The translations under genes and the position numbers were made by a program. DNA of 45,019 bases, taken from sequence record MZ234008.1; one strand, 5' to 3'. Numbering within the stretch: position 1 is the first letter of the stretch; each line of letters opens with the position of its first letter. Source of the DNA: Escherichia phage vB_EcoS-22664B1. Shown here piece by piece: positions 8,463 through 16,774 of this stretch. The notes under the pieces are model-generated. The model was not told the DNA's origin. It did no database searches and saw only the letters and a program-made list of their open reading frames with translations.

Positions 8463-9549
8463 TCAACATATGGCGGATCGTATGATTCGCCGTCACATCT
8501 TCACCCAGCGCCTGAGCAATGACCAGGCGCGAAGGGTGCTGACTATGTGGGAGAAGTTCCGGCCCACGTTACTTGGTAAGCTGACCGAGTTACTTGATGG
8601 CAAAAAGTCCATGAATAACAAGGCACTGACCACACTGTTAACGCAAATCGACAAGACCGTCAAAACGGAACTGCGCACCGAGTTTAAGGCGCTGGCTGAA
8701 AGCCTTCAGGAGTTCGCCGACACGGAGGCTGATTATCTTGCCGATACATTAACGGCAGCGATCCAGCCAGCGGTCGCCGTACCGGCTGTTGAGGTTGTTG
8801 GCGTAGTGACTGGCGCGCAGATCGCAGCGACGGCTATGAAAAACCCATTCCAGGGTAACACCATGATGCAATGGCCCGATTCACTTTCGGAGTGGACCAG
8901 GACGCAGATCGGTAATCAGGTGCGCGCTGGATTCATCCAGGGCAAGCCGACTATGGAAATTATCGCGGACGTAAGGCGCGCTCTCGGCGGTCGTAGTGCG
9001 CAGGCAATCTCAAGCGTTGTTAAGTCCGCAGTAAACCACTATGCGGCGACCGCCCGCGAATTAATGGTAAAAGCTAATGACGATATTCTCGAAGGTCGCC
9101 AATGGTTGGCTACATTGGATACGCATACTTCTCCCATGTGCCAGCTACGCGATCGCCTGTTTTATCCAGTTGATGTTACTCCCGACACCAAAGGAAAGCG
9201 CGGCGGGAAAGTGGTGGCTGGGTCACAATATGGCGCTGGTCCGGGCAAGCTGCATTATTGCTGCCGGTCTACGGAGACGTGGAAAGTCAAAGGCATGGAA
9301 GATTGGCCCAGTGGTAAGCGTCCGGCACTGAAGGCTGACGCGGGTCGATTGCTGAGTGAGCAGGTCGACGCGCAGACTGATTTCTTCTCATGGGTGCAGC
9401 GCCAGCCGCGCTATATTCTGGAGGAATTATATGGGGTGCAGCGCGCAGACCAGATTATGCGCGGCGTGAAAGTGCCGAATATGTTCACCGATACTGGCGA
9501 ACTAATGACTATCGCACAGCTTAAAAACCGGGGGTTATGGCGTGATTAA
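8446..9549 (+). CDS. head morphogenesis / minor capsid protein (Mu F / SPP1 gp7-like, putative)
   Basis: 367-aa ORF directly downstream of portal, overlapping its end; assignment by synteny. Confidence 0.5.
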   Translation: MARTINQHMADRMIRRHIFTQRLSNDQARRVLTMWEKFRPTLLGKLTELLDGKKSMNNKALTTLLTQIDKTVKTELRTEFKALAESLQEFADTEADYLADTLTAAIQPAVAVPAVEVVGVVTGAQIAATAMKNPFQGNTMMQWPDSLSEWTRTQIGNQVRAGFIQGKPTMEIIADVRRALGGRSAQAISSVVKSAVNHYAATARELMVKANDDILEGRQWLATLDTHTSPMCQLRDRLFYPVDVTPDTKGKRGGKVVAGSQYGAGPGKLHYCCRSTETWKVKGMEDWPSGKRPALKADAGRLLSEQVDAQTDFFSWVQRQPRYILEELYGVQRADQIMRGVKVPNMFTDTGELMTIAQLKNRGLWRD

Positions 9550-9850
9550 ATATGCAGCGATTGGACTGGTTATCGGTCTGGCGGTTGGATTCTGGCAGGG
9601 TGATTCCTACCGCACTGGCGTTGTGGCGAAAGCGGCGCAAGAAGCGCAAGCCGAAGCCCAACGGCAGCAAACTAAGGTTGTTGAGGGGTCGGTGAAGGCT
9701 GAGCAAGCCCGCGACGTGGAATACCGGACTATCACGAAAGAGGTTGTAAAATATGTTACGCGTCCTAACCGTCCTGATTGTAGTTTTGATGCTGAGCGCG
9801 TGCGGATCAAGCAAAGCGCCATCGACGCCGCTAACCGAGTCGGTCTATAG
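9542..9850 (+). CDS. i-spanin (Rz-like) candidate
   Basis: N-terminal TM helix (YAAIGLVIGLAVGFW) followed by charged coiled-coil-like region AKAAQEAQAEAQRQQ; contains an embedded +1 frame lipoprotein gene. Confidence 0.5.
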   Translation: MIKYAAIGLVIGLAVGFWQGDSYRTGVVAKAAQEAQAEAQRQQTKVVEGSVKAEQARDVEYRTITKEVVKYVTRPNRPDCSFDAERVRIKQSAIDAANRVGL

Positions 9851-9983
9851 ACCGCCTTGCACCTTTGAGAATGCCTCGGCAGATCCAGACGAGGACTTGC
9901 TTGTTGATGTTAAAAATATGGAATGCGGGGCTAAGCTGAGGGCGCAAGTGCTGGAGTTGCAGAAAATAATTCGGGGGCCGTAA
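9753..9983 (+). CDS. o-spanin (Rz1-like outer-membrane lipoprotein) candidate
   Basis: Signal peptide with lipobox LSAC (MLRVLTVLIVVLMLSAC), proline-containing mature part; starts inside the i-spanin gene in another frame and extends past its stop. Confidence 0.55.
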   Translation: MLRVLTVLIVVLMLSACGSSKAPSTPLTESVYRPPCTFENASADPDEDLLVDVKNMECGAKLRAQVLELQKIIRGP

Positions 9984-9996
9984 TGGCCCCCTTTTT
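9973..9996. terminator. bidirectional rho-independent terminator (gggggcc gtaat ggccccc + T-run)
   Basis: Stem-loop with T5 on + strand; lies between convergent genes 9753..9983 (+) and 9998..10762 (-). Confidence 0.65.
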
Positions 9997-9997
9997 G

Positions 9998-10762
9998 TTA
10001 GCGCGGAATACCGCAAATCTCGTTTAACGTCTTCACGTCCAGCGCTACTGCCGTTGACTTCGGCTTGTCCGGGTATGGAATGAACTGTTCAACTTCAGGC
10101 CACGCCGCGATCAGCTTCTTGTCAGTATTGTGCATATCCAGCACGCCGGTAACAGTTAGTTTGAACGCGTCATACTTCGCACGCAATTCACGGCGGGCCT
10201 TGTCGTTGCGGTCCAGGCGCTTGCAGAAATCATGATCTGCCGGGTAGTCTACGCGACCGCGCGGGAGATATATCGGCAGCGCGGCCCCGTTCTCGTCCAC
10301 TTCACACACTGACGCGAGCATAACTTCCTCGTACCCCGGTACTATATCGCTGAGATCCGGCGCGAGCGTATTCATATATTTCTCTTCCCAGTATCCGCGG
10401 TGCTGGCGGTAGCGGTATCCGTCGCCGCTCATATGCAGGGTACGGATGTTACCGCCTGCGTTGATTTCGAAAGTGGAGCAGTAAACGCGTCCAATGCCTT
10501 TCGTCCGGTCCTTGTTATAGCTGTACGACGCTTTCTCGGTGTAAACGCTGACGCCGTACATCTGCGACTGGTTATCGCGGATTTCTGCGATATATGCGCG
10601 TAGCTCGGCGAACGTGTGAATGCCTTTTGGCATACAGTGCAACGTAATGTCATACGCCAGGTCGCGAGAGTCCATCATGATTTTTTTGGCTTCAGTCGCG
10701 ATTTCGTGGTCGCGCAGGATGTTAGCCAGAATCTGGTTTTTAATGTCTTTTGTCAGTCTCAT
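9998..10762 (-). CDS. hypothetical protein (254 aa), opposite-strand gene island in structural module
   Basis: Intact ORF; start MRLTKD with GAGGA RBS-like sequence; own putative promoter at 10792-10821; no motif recognised. Confidence 0.6.
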   Translation of the reverse strand: MRLTKDIKNQILANILRDHEIATEAKKIMMDSRDLAYDITLHCMPKGIHTFAELRAYIAEIRDNQSQMYGVSVYTEKASYSYNKDRTKGIGRVYCSTFEINAGGNIRTLHMSGDGYRYRQHRGYWEEKYMNTLAPDLSDIVPGYEEVMLASVCEVDENGAALPIYLPRGRVDYPADHDFCKRLDRNDKARRELRAKYDAFKLTVTGVLDMHNTDKKLIAAWPEVEQFIPYPDKPKSTAVALDVKTLNEICGIPR

Positions 10763-10791
10763 TTGTGTGTCCTCATTGTTGGTGTGCAACC

Positions 10792-10821
10792 AATATAGTG
10801 CAACCAATACCTGGATTGCAA
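10792..10821 (-). promoter_or_regulatory. putative sigma70-like promoter (-35 TTGCAA, 18-nt spacer with TTGGTTGCA, -10 TATATT) for 9998..10762
   Basis: Read on - strand; same architecture as promoter at 30187-30216 (shared block tatagtgcaaccaa ... ttgcaag ... aattttgc). Confidence 0.4.
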
Positions 10822-10911
10822 GCGAATTTTGCGATTATTTTTATCGCTGATAATATTAGAGGCGTGAAGTCGAGCGGGTGGCCCGCTCTGCCACAATCCC
10901 AGGGGGATAGC

Positions 10912-11616
10912 ATGAAACTTACTAAAGCAGAATATGACGCGTTGCCGGAAAGTATGAAGGCGCTCTTTGTTGCCGATGGCGACGGGTATAAATCAACATT
11001 TATGTCCGCTGACGAAGTACAGGCGGAAATCAAGGGTCTGAAAGACAACAACGCAAAGCTGGTGAGCGAGAAGAAAGCAGAAGCTGAACGCCGCGCCGAA
11101 GCCGAGCGCCTTGCGAAAGAGAAAGAGGAAGCCGCCGCGCGCAAAAATGGCGACCTCGAAGCGATCGATAAGTCCTGGAAGGATAAGTTTGCAAAACACG
11201 AAGCAGACACATCGGGGAAAATCGAATCCTATCGCAAGCAGATCCATGACCTTACTATCGGCAGCGCTGCCAAAGACCTGGCCTCGAAGCTATTCGGTAA
11301 GAATGCTGGCATCATGCAACGCCACGTAATGGAGCGCCTCGCGCTGGAAGACGGCGAAGACGGCAGCTTGAAAGTGCGTGTCTTGCAGGATGGCAAACCG
11401 TCCGCGTTGACTATGGACGAGCTTGAAAAAGAGTTCCGTAATAACGCTGATTTTGCATCCGTCCTGGCTGGCACGCCAGCCGGTGGCGCACCGAGCAAAC
11501 CGACACAGGTTATCGAAGATGCGAAGTCTAAAATCACGATGGGCCATAGCTTCGGTATCACCGACCTGACGAAACAGGCAGGGGATATCATCGCTAAGAT
11601 GGGCGACGACGAGTAA
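10912..11616 (+). CDS. scaffolding protein (putative)
   Basis: 234-aa ORF rich in charged/helical segments (AEAERRAEAERLAKEKEEAAARK) immediately upstream of major capsid gene; AGGGGGA RBS-like sequence. Confidence 0.55.
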   Translation: MKLTKAEYDALPESMKALFVADGDGYKSTFMSADEVQAEIKGLKDNNAKLVSEKKAEAERRAEAERLAKEKEEAAARKNGDLEAIDKSWKDKFAKHEADTSGKIESYRKQIHDLTIGSAAKDLASKLFGKNAGIMQRHVMERLALEDGEDGSLKVRVLQDGKPSALTMDELEKEFRNNADFASVLAGTPAGGAPSKPTQVIEDAKSKITMGHSFGITDLTKQAGDIIAKMGDDE

Positions 11617-11620
11617 GCAG

Positions 11621-11646
11621 ATCGCCCGCGAAAGCGGGCGATTTTG
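11621..11646 (+). terminator. rho-independent terminator (atcgcccgc gaaa gcgggcgat tttg)
   Basis: 9-bp perfect stem, GAAA tetraloop, short T-run. Confidence 0.5.
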
Positions 11647-11713
11647 CGAGCGCGTAAATCTAAGGTAACATTAACGTCACTGGGCGAATGCTCACAACTC
11701 AAAGGATTTCGAT

Positions 11714-12814
11714 ATGTCTTTAACAGTGTTCCAGCGTAAACTCGTTACCGCGGTTACGCAGATGATTCCCGACAACCTGAACGTGTTCAACGCTGCCGCT
11801 AACGGCGCTGTTGTTCTCGGTACAGGTGAAGTGCTGAAGGACGTTGTAGAAAAAATGTCCGTAGGCTTGATCGCCAACCTCGTTACTGACCGTAACGCCT
11901 ACGCCCCTGTTGGTACTCCGGCAACCGCTAAAGTGCTGGCGCGTATGCTGACCAACTCGGTTAACCTCTCCGCGAAAGTGGGTCCGGTAGCAATCACCAA
12001 GGCTATGATGGCTAAGATCGAAACCAACGTTAACAGCGTTGCGGCTGAGATTGCGGCACAGGCTACTCAAGCGATTATGCTGCATTACCTGAAGGCCGGT
12101 ATCGGTGCAAGTAAAGCGGCGATCGAGAGCAACGCAGCGGCAGCATACACCCAACCGGCGCGCGTTGATGGCGTTGGCGGTCGTACCTTCCCGACCCTGG
12201 CAGACTTCCCGCTGGCGGCTTCTAAGTTCGGCGATCAGGCGTCTTTGATTAAGTCCTGGTTTATGGACGGCGTTACCTGGGCTAACTTCATTGCCTATCA
12301 GGCACTGCCTTCTGCGGAGCAGGTATTCGCTATCGGCGATCTGCAAGTAATGGGTGATGGCCTGGGCCGTCGTTTCATTATCTCCGATGCCGCTGCCGAT
12401 GCTATGGGCGCTGGCAAAATGCTGGGTCTGGTCCCTGGCGCGGTTGCAGTTACCACCAACGGCCTCGATATGCTGGCGCAGGAAAAAGGCGGTAACGAGA
12501 ACATCGAGCGCTGGTGGCAGGGTGAGTTCGACTTCAACGTGGCTGTTAAAGGCTACCGTCTGAAGGCGTCCGCTCGTACCCCGATCGAAGGCGTCCGCTC
12601 TTTTGCCCTGGGTGATATCACCACTAAGGACAACTGGGAACTGGATCAGGGCCAGGTTGACAACGCTCCGGCAACCGTCCAGGACGTTGGCGCGCAGGAC
12701 GGTAGCGGGTCACTCGGTCGTCGTAAGAAGCAGGCTGAACAGACCGCACCTACCCGTAACATCAAGGAAACGGCTGGCGTACTGGTTACGCTGACTGCTA
12801 CCAGCGCGTCTTAA
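11714..12814 (+). CDS. major capsid protein
   Basis: 366-aa ORF after scaffold, AAAGGA RBS-like sequence, terminator downstream; position and size typical of major capsid protein. Confidence 0.75.
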   Translation: MSLTVFQRKLVTAVTQMIPDNLNVFNAAANGAVVLGTGEVLKDVVEKMSVGLIANLVTDRNAYAPVGTPATAKVLARMLTNSVNLSAKVGPVAITKAMMAKIETNVNSVAAEIAAQATQAIMLHYLKAGIGASKAAIESNAAAAYTQPARVDGVGGRTFPTLADFPLAASKFGDQASLIKSWFMDGVTWANFIAYQALPSAEQVFAIGDLQVMGDGLGRRFIISDAAADAMGAGKMLGLVPGAVAVTTNGLDMLAQEKGGNENIERWWQGEFDFNVAVKGYRLKASARTPIEGVRSFALGDITTKDNWELDQGQVDNAPATVQDVGAQDGSGSLGRRKKQAEQTAPTRNIKETAGVLVTLTATSAS

Positions 12815-12830
12815 TCGGCGCACATCCCAA

Positions 12831-12858
12831 AGGGGCGGGCTTATGCCCGCCTTTTTTA
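12831..12858 (+). terminator. rho-independent terminator (ggggcgggc ttat gcccgcc TTTTTT)
   Basis: Stem-loop and T6 run read from sequence. Confidence 0.65.
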
Positions 12859-12872
12859 TAGGAGCGAATAAA

Positions 12873-13373
12873 ATGTATGGCGACCCGCAAACCTTTACTG
12901 ATTATGCCGCAGCGCGTGGCGTTGAAATTACGCTGGGCGATGCAACGCGACACCTTACCATCGTTAATGACTTCCTCAACGGCCTCAACTGGATCGGCGA
13001 ACAAGCAGACCAGACCGGAATCGACGCATGGCCCCGCATTAATTACCCGTCAGACGGTAAGCCGGTGCGAGACACGCTCACTGAAGTTGTGGCGGTAGTG
13101 CCTGCCGGGCAAATCGTAGACTTCGCATCAATCCCCGTTGCCGTTGAGCAAGCCGTTTACCGGCTGGCGCTGTTGGTGGCGGACGATATTGATATTTCGC
13201 CGATCGGCGGTGGCAAGGAGACTATCCGCGAAACTGTTGGCCCGATTACGATGGAATATGACCCCGCTACAATTGGCGGATACGTGGCGTTCCCGTGGTG
13301 GGATGGCTTGCTGGGCTACTGGGTGAACGTAGACGGCAACGCTTCAGGTAACTTTGACGTATACAGGGGCTAA
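12873..13373 (+). CDS. head-tail connector / head completion protein (putative)
   Basis: Start MYGD with AGGAG RBS-like sequence; position between capsid and tail genes. Confidence 0.45.
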   Translation: MYGDPQTFTDYAAARGVEITLGDATRHLTIVNDFLNGLNWIGEQADQTGIDAWPRINYPSDGKPVRDTLTEVVAVVPAGQIVDFASIPVAVEQAVYRLALLVADDIDISPIGGGKETIRETVGPITMEYDPATIGGYVAFPWWDGLLGYWVNVDGNASGNFDVYRG

Positions 13374-13374
13374 T

Positions 13375-13488
13375 ATGAATCCGGCTGTTATTGCAGCGTT
13401 GCTGGCAGCGCTGGCGACGAAAGAGAAAGAGGAAGAACCAGTACCTCCGGAAGCACCGGCGCGGGAGGAAGACGATGGCGGGCTTTGA
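13375..13488 (+). CDS. small hypothetical ORF (37 aa, Ala/Glu-rich)
   Basis: AGGGG RBS-like sequence; overlaps start of next gene; weak. Confidence 0.3.
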   Translation: MNPAVIAALLAALATKEKEEEPVPPEAPAREEDDGGL

Positions 13489-13828
13489 CTACGCGGGCTT
13501 AAAGCGGAAAGTTAATCCGCTGATTAAAAAATTCGGCATGACAGTTACCGTGACGCGTCCCGGATCTGTTGACCGCGTTAACGGCGACGAAGTGGTAATC
13601 CCGCCGACCTCGTTTGATATCATCGGACTGCGTGAGGAGTACAAGCCACGCGAGATCGACGGTACCCGGGTCATTGCCGGTGATGTTAAATTCTTATGCC
13701 AGGCGGTGGAGCAATTGCAGGTAGGCGATCTGGTTAACCTGAATAACACAGACTACCGGGTCGTTAATACTAACCCCCTGCAACCGGCGGGCACGACCAT
13801 GCTGTTTCAATTACAGCTAAGGGGGTAA
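13475..13828 (+). CDS. head-tail joining protein (putative)
   Basis: Start MAGFDYAG; 117 aa; position in connector module. Confidence 0.45.
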   Translation: MAGFDYAGLKRKVNPLIKKFGMTVTVTRPGSVDRVNGDEVVIPPTSFDIIGLREEYKPREIDGTRVIAGDVKFLCQAVEQLQVGDLVNLNNTDYRVVNTNPLQPAGTTMLFQLQLRG

Positions 13829-13829
13829 C

Positions 13830-14423
13830 GTGGCTGAGGTCTACTCGTTCGCCGCTACCATTGCAACATGGGTAGATAAGACGAAGGAGAACAACGACAA
13901 GGCGGTGCGGGCGACCGGTATGCAAATACTCGGACGCCTGATTGAGATCTCCCCGGTGGGCGACCCCCGCCGGTGGAAGATTAACAAGGCTTATGCGATG
14001 GCCCGCCAGCACGCGAACAAGGTGAACGCCGCACAGCGCCGCAAGAATGGCGGCAAACTGAAGCGCGGGCAGAAGAAGCACGCCAGTGTGCTAGTATCGT
14101 TCAAGACTAAAAACGGCAACGTCACGTTCCGCCAGCGTGGCTGGGCCGCGAAGAATTACACCGGCGGGCGCTTCCGGGGAAACTGGCAGGTGTCTTTCGA
14201 CCGTCCGGCTGTTGGCGCTGTTGACCGGGTGGACAAGGCCGGAACGGCAACATTGGCGGCGGGGCGTGACGTGCTGGCGCATTACGATTCTGGCGAATAC
14301 GGGTCGATCTGGTTTACTAACAATGTGCCATATGCGCAGCGGCTTGAGTATGGCTGGAGTAAACAAGCGCCCGCGGGGATTGTTCGCGTCGTAGCGGCAG
14401 AAATCAATTCGAAGGTGAAATAA
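13830..14423 (+). CDS. neck/tail component, HK97 gp10-like (putative)
   Basis: C-terminal motif NNVPYAQRLEYGWSKQAP resembles the HK97 gp10 family; position in connector module. Confidence 0.5.
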   Translation: MAEVYSFAATIATWVDKTKENNDKAVRATGMQILGRLIEISPVGDPRRWKINKAYAMARQHANKVNAAQRRKNGGKLKRGQKKHASVLVSFKTKNGNVTFRQRGWAAKNYTGGRFRGNWQVSFDRPAVGAVDRVDKAGTATLAAGRDVLAHYDSGEYGSIWFTNNVPYAQRLEYGWSKQAPAGIVRVVAAEINSKVK

Positions 14424-14845
14424 TGAGCAATACTCTAATCCGCAAGGCGCTTAACAGCGTAGTTGAAGAATTATCGGTAAGCCTGAGCACTAACCAGCGC
14501 CCGATCAAGGTTAACTGGGAGAACGTGAAGGGCGACCACGCTATCGGCAATGGCGTGTACCTGGAGCCGTACTTGCTTCCGGCACCGACCCAGTTTGTTG
14601 GCATTCAGCAGAAGGGCCGGATCTACGCAGGCGTGTATCAGGTTGCCGTAGTGTTCCCCGCGGGCACTGGCACACAGTATGCGAGCGAACTGGCGGACGC
14701 CATCGCGACGTCAGACAAATGGCAGGGCGTAAAGATTACCGGCGCTACCTTCCAGCTTCAGGACGCGCCCTACACCAGTTCGGTGATTGAAGATATCGAC
14801 CGCGCCCGCATCGTGGTATCGGTCCTGTATAACTGTTGCGCCTGA
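14423..14845 (+). CDS. tail terminator / tail completion protein (putative)
   Basis: 140-aa ORF immediately upstream of major tail gene; by synteny. Confidence 0.4.
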   Translation: MSNTLIRKALNSVVEELSVSLSTNQRPIKVNWENVKGDHAIGNGVYLEPYLLPAPTQFVGIQQKGRIYAGVYQVAVVFPAGTGTQYASELADAIATSDKWQGVKITGATFQLQDAPYTSSVIEDIDRARIVVSVLYNCCA

Positions 14846-14906
14846 TTTGGCGCAATTCTGCGCGTGCTGTATCATTAATCCGTATATCTAAACAGGAGCT
14901 TTCATT

Positions 14907-15632
14907 ATGGGTTATCAACTTCCTAACGGGTCTAGCGTCCAGATTGGGTCCGTACTGGGCGACGGCATCGCTGTTACGGCAGCTACCAACGCCACCGCGT
15001 CGATCTCTGACCTCGCTACCGGTTGCGTTATTACCTGCGCGGAATCTCATGGTCTGGTTGTTGGTGATGTGGTTATGTTCACTAAAACCCCGTGGGTCCG
15101 TGCGCTAAACCGCGCGTTTATCGTTGGCGCAGTGTCTACCAACGATGTGACGCTGGCGCGCTTCGACTCCTCGGACGTCACCAAATATCCTACCGGTGCT
15201 TTTGCAGTAGGCACTCCGGGTGAAGTGGTGAAGGTGTCGAGCTTTATCGACTTCCCGTTTATCACCAACGTTGCCGTGTCGGGTGGCGACCAGCAGACGA
15301 CTACCTTCCAGCCGTTGCAGGTTAACACCGCGATCAGCCTGAACACCACGAAAAACCCGTTGGTCCAGACTTACACCTTCACCCACGACGAAGAAGACCC
15401 GATCCGCCCAATCCTGGAAGACCTGGACGACACGCAGAAGACCACCGTGATCAAGTTCACTAACCCAGCGGCAGCAAGCGGCAAAGGTGAAATTCGTATT
15501 TACCCGGCTAAGGTATCTTTCCAGAAGATTCCGTCCGCTGAAGTAAACAACGTTGAAACGGTACAATCCACTCTGACCATGCAGTCTGATATGGTTATCT
15601 ACCGTAAGGATCTGGTCGAGGCATTGTCTTGA
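14907..15632 (+). CDS. major tail protein
   Basis: 241-aa ORF with good RBS-like sequence, followed by terminator and then the G/GT chaperone pair and tape measure. Confidence 0.65.
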   Translation: MGYQLPNGSSVQIGSVLGDGIAVTAATNATASISDLATGCVITCAESHGLVVGDVVMFTKTPWVRALNRAFIVGAVSTNDVTLARFDSSDVTKYPTGAFAVGTPGEVVKVSSFIDFPFITNVAVSGGDQQTTTFQPLQVNTAISLNTTKNPLVQTYTFTHDEEDPIRPILEDLDDTQKTTVIKFTNPAAASGKGEIRIYPAKVSFQKIPSAEVNNVETVQSTLTMQSDMVIYRKDLVEALS

Positions 15633-15662
15633 TTTGGTCGCTTAAATAGCGAGTGTTAATAT

Positions 15663-15686
15663 GGGGCCAGCACGGCCCCTTTTTTA
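15663..15686 (+). terminator. rho-independent terminator (ggggcc agcac ggcccc + T-run)
   Basis: Member of a near-identical terminator family (also at 9973, 25641, 28981). Confidence 0.65.
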
Positions 15687-16064
15687 TTGGAGAATATTAC
15701 AATGGCGAAAGCACCACTCTTCACACTTGACCCTAAGCCGACCTTTAAGCTGCCGATTGAGATCCCGCGCCCTGGTGAGAACGAGCCGGGCAAGATGACC
15801 TTTACCGTCCGCCACCGCCCGATCGACGAGTTTTCGCAGACCATGCAGGACACCGAGCGCAAGCTGTCGGAATATGACGACAATGACCCGGACGGCTTTA
15901 ACGTTATGGTTGAGGCCATCATGCACGTCGCTGAAGGCTGGAATCTGCCAGACCAATTTAACGCTGAGAACGTCCGCCGCCTGGTAGTCAACTACCCCCG
16001 TGCGTTCGGCGTGTTCCACACCTCGTACTATCTCGAACTGATGGGATTGCGTGAAAAAAACTGA
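15687..16064 (+). CDS. tail assembly chaperone (lambda G-like)
   Basis: 125-aa ORF between major tail and tape measure; ends one codon after the slippery heptamer. Confidence 0.7.
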   Translation: MENITMAKAPLFTLDPKPTFKLPIEIPRPGENEPGKMTFTVRHRPIDEFSQTMQDTERKLSEYDDNDPDGFNVMVEAIMHVAEGWNLPDQFNAENVRRLVVNYPRAFGVFHTSYYLELMGLREKN

Positions 16065-16378
16065 TTGAGGCGGCGCGACGCTTTTATGGCCCGCCGCCAC
16101 CCTCCGAAGATTTAGCCGCTAGTTTATGGGGTGCGGCCCCCGAGGATGTTTGTCCACCTGTTGCGCTATGGCCCGACAACGCGAAGATAGTCGCCGTATT
16201 CACAGATTGCTCTACGCAATGGCGCACCGGATTCGGTGGGGCATACGGCATCGACTACGGCGTTCTGGAGTGGCTATTTAAGATGCACGGCATCGAAAAC
16301 GAGCAACGTGCATTTAAAGATATCAAGCTAATGGAGCGAATCGCGCTTGATGAAATGGCGCAACAAAACCCCGCATAA
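15687..16378 (+). CDS. tail assembly chaperone frameshift product (lambda GT-like), via -1 frameshift at 16055-16061
   Basis: The -1 frame is open from 16055 to TAA at 16376-16378 (107 codons, translated manually); slippery heptamer A AAA AAC sits at the end of the G ORF. Confidence 0.6.
16055..16061 (+). promoter_or_regulatory. -1 programmed ribosomal frameshift slippery heptamer A_AAA_AAC
   Basis: Heptamer in correct phase (zero-frame codons AAA AAC) immediately before the G stop codon. Confidence 0.6.
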
Positions 16379-16720
16379 TGAAGCGGGACAAAACGGGACG
16401 TCCCGCTTTGTCCCGTTTTGTCCCGCCACCTGCAAAACTGCATACCTACTCACTTTCATTGCATAAACTCAAAGCGGGACGAGCGGGACGTCCCGATCCG
16501 TCCCGCCCCCTAAATGTGCATACCTATTCAGATTTCGTGCATAAAACAAACGGGACAGAAAGCGGGACAAACATGGGGCGGGACAAAGCGGGACAGCACC
16601 CCGTCCCCGTCAGTGCTGCCGCGGGTTTCAGCCGATCGGGACAAGCGGGACAAACCCCAGTCTTTCAGACTAGACGGGGGTCAATGGCCCCCCTCGTCTG
16701 AGACTGAATAAGGTTTGTTT
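16378..16720. repeat. non-coding repeat region A: GGGAC palindromes, GCGGGACA iterons, TGCATA(A) repeats and conserved GC hairpin
   Basis: GCGGGACA at 16383, 16562, 16578, 16588, 16645; palindrome centred on GGGACGTCCC near 16397; about 165 bp (16548-16710) is about 85% identical to 44770-44937. Confidence 0.85.
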
Positions 16721-16774
16721 GAAATTCGCTGATACAATGTCAATCGGCAACTGCATAAAAAAGGGGACTGCATA

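Noticed and set aside
16378-16711. ORF-track ORFs 16378..16701 and 16514..16711 (+), proteins rich in KAGQ/GRDK repeats
   Set aside because: They are translations of the GCGGGACA iteron/palindrome region; the low-complexity repeated peptide follows from the DNA repeat, there is no RBS, and the region is better explained as a non-coding regulatory element.
16378-16720. Possibility that the GGGACA repeat regions are CRISPR arrays
   Set aside because: Repeat units are only 8 nt, irregularly spaced and partly inverted, with no uniform spacers or leader and no cas genes in the window.
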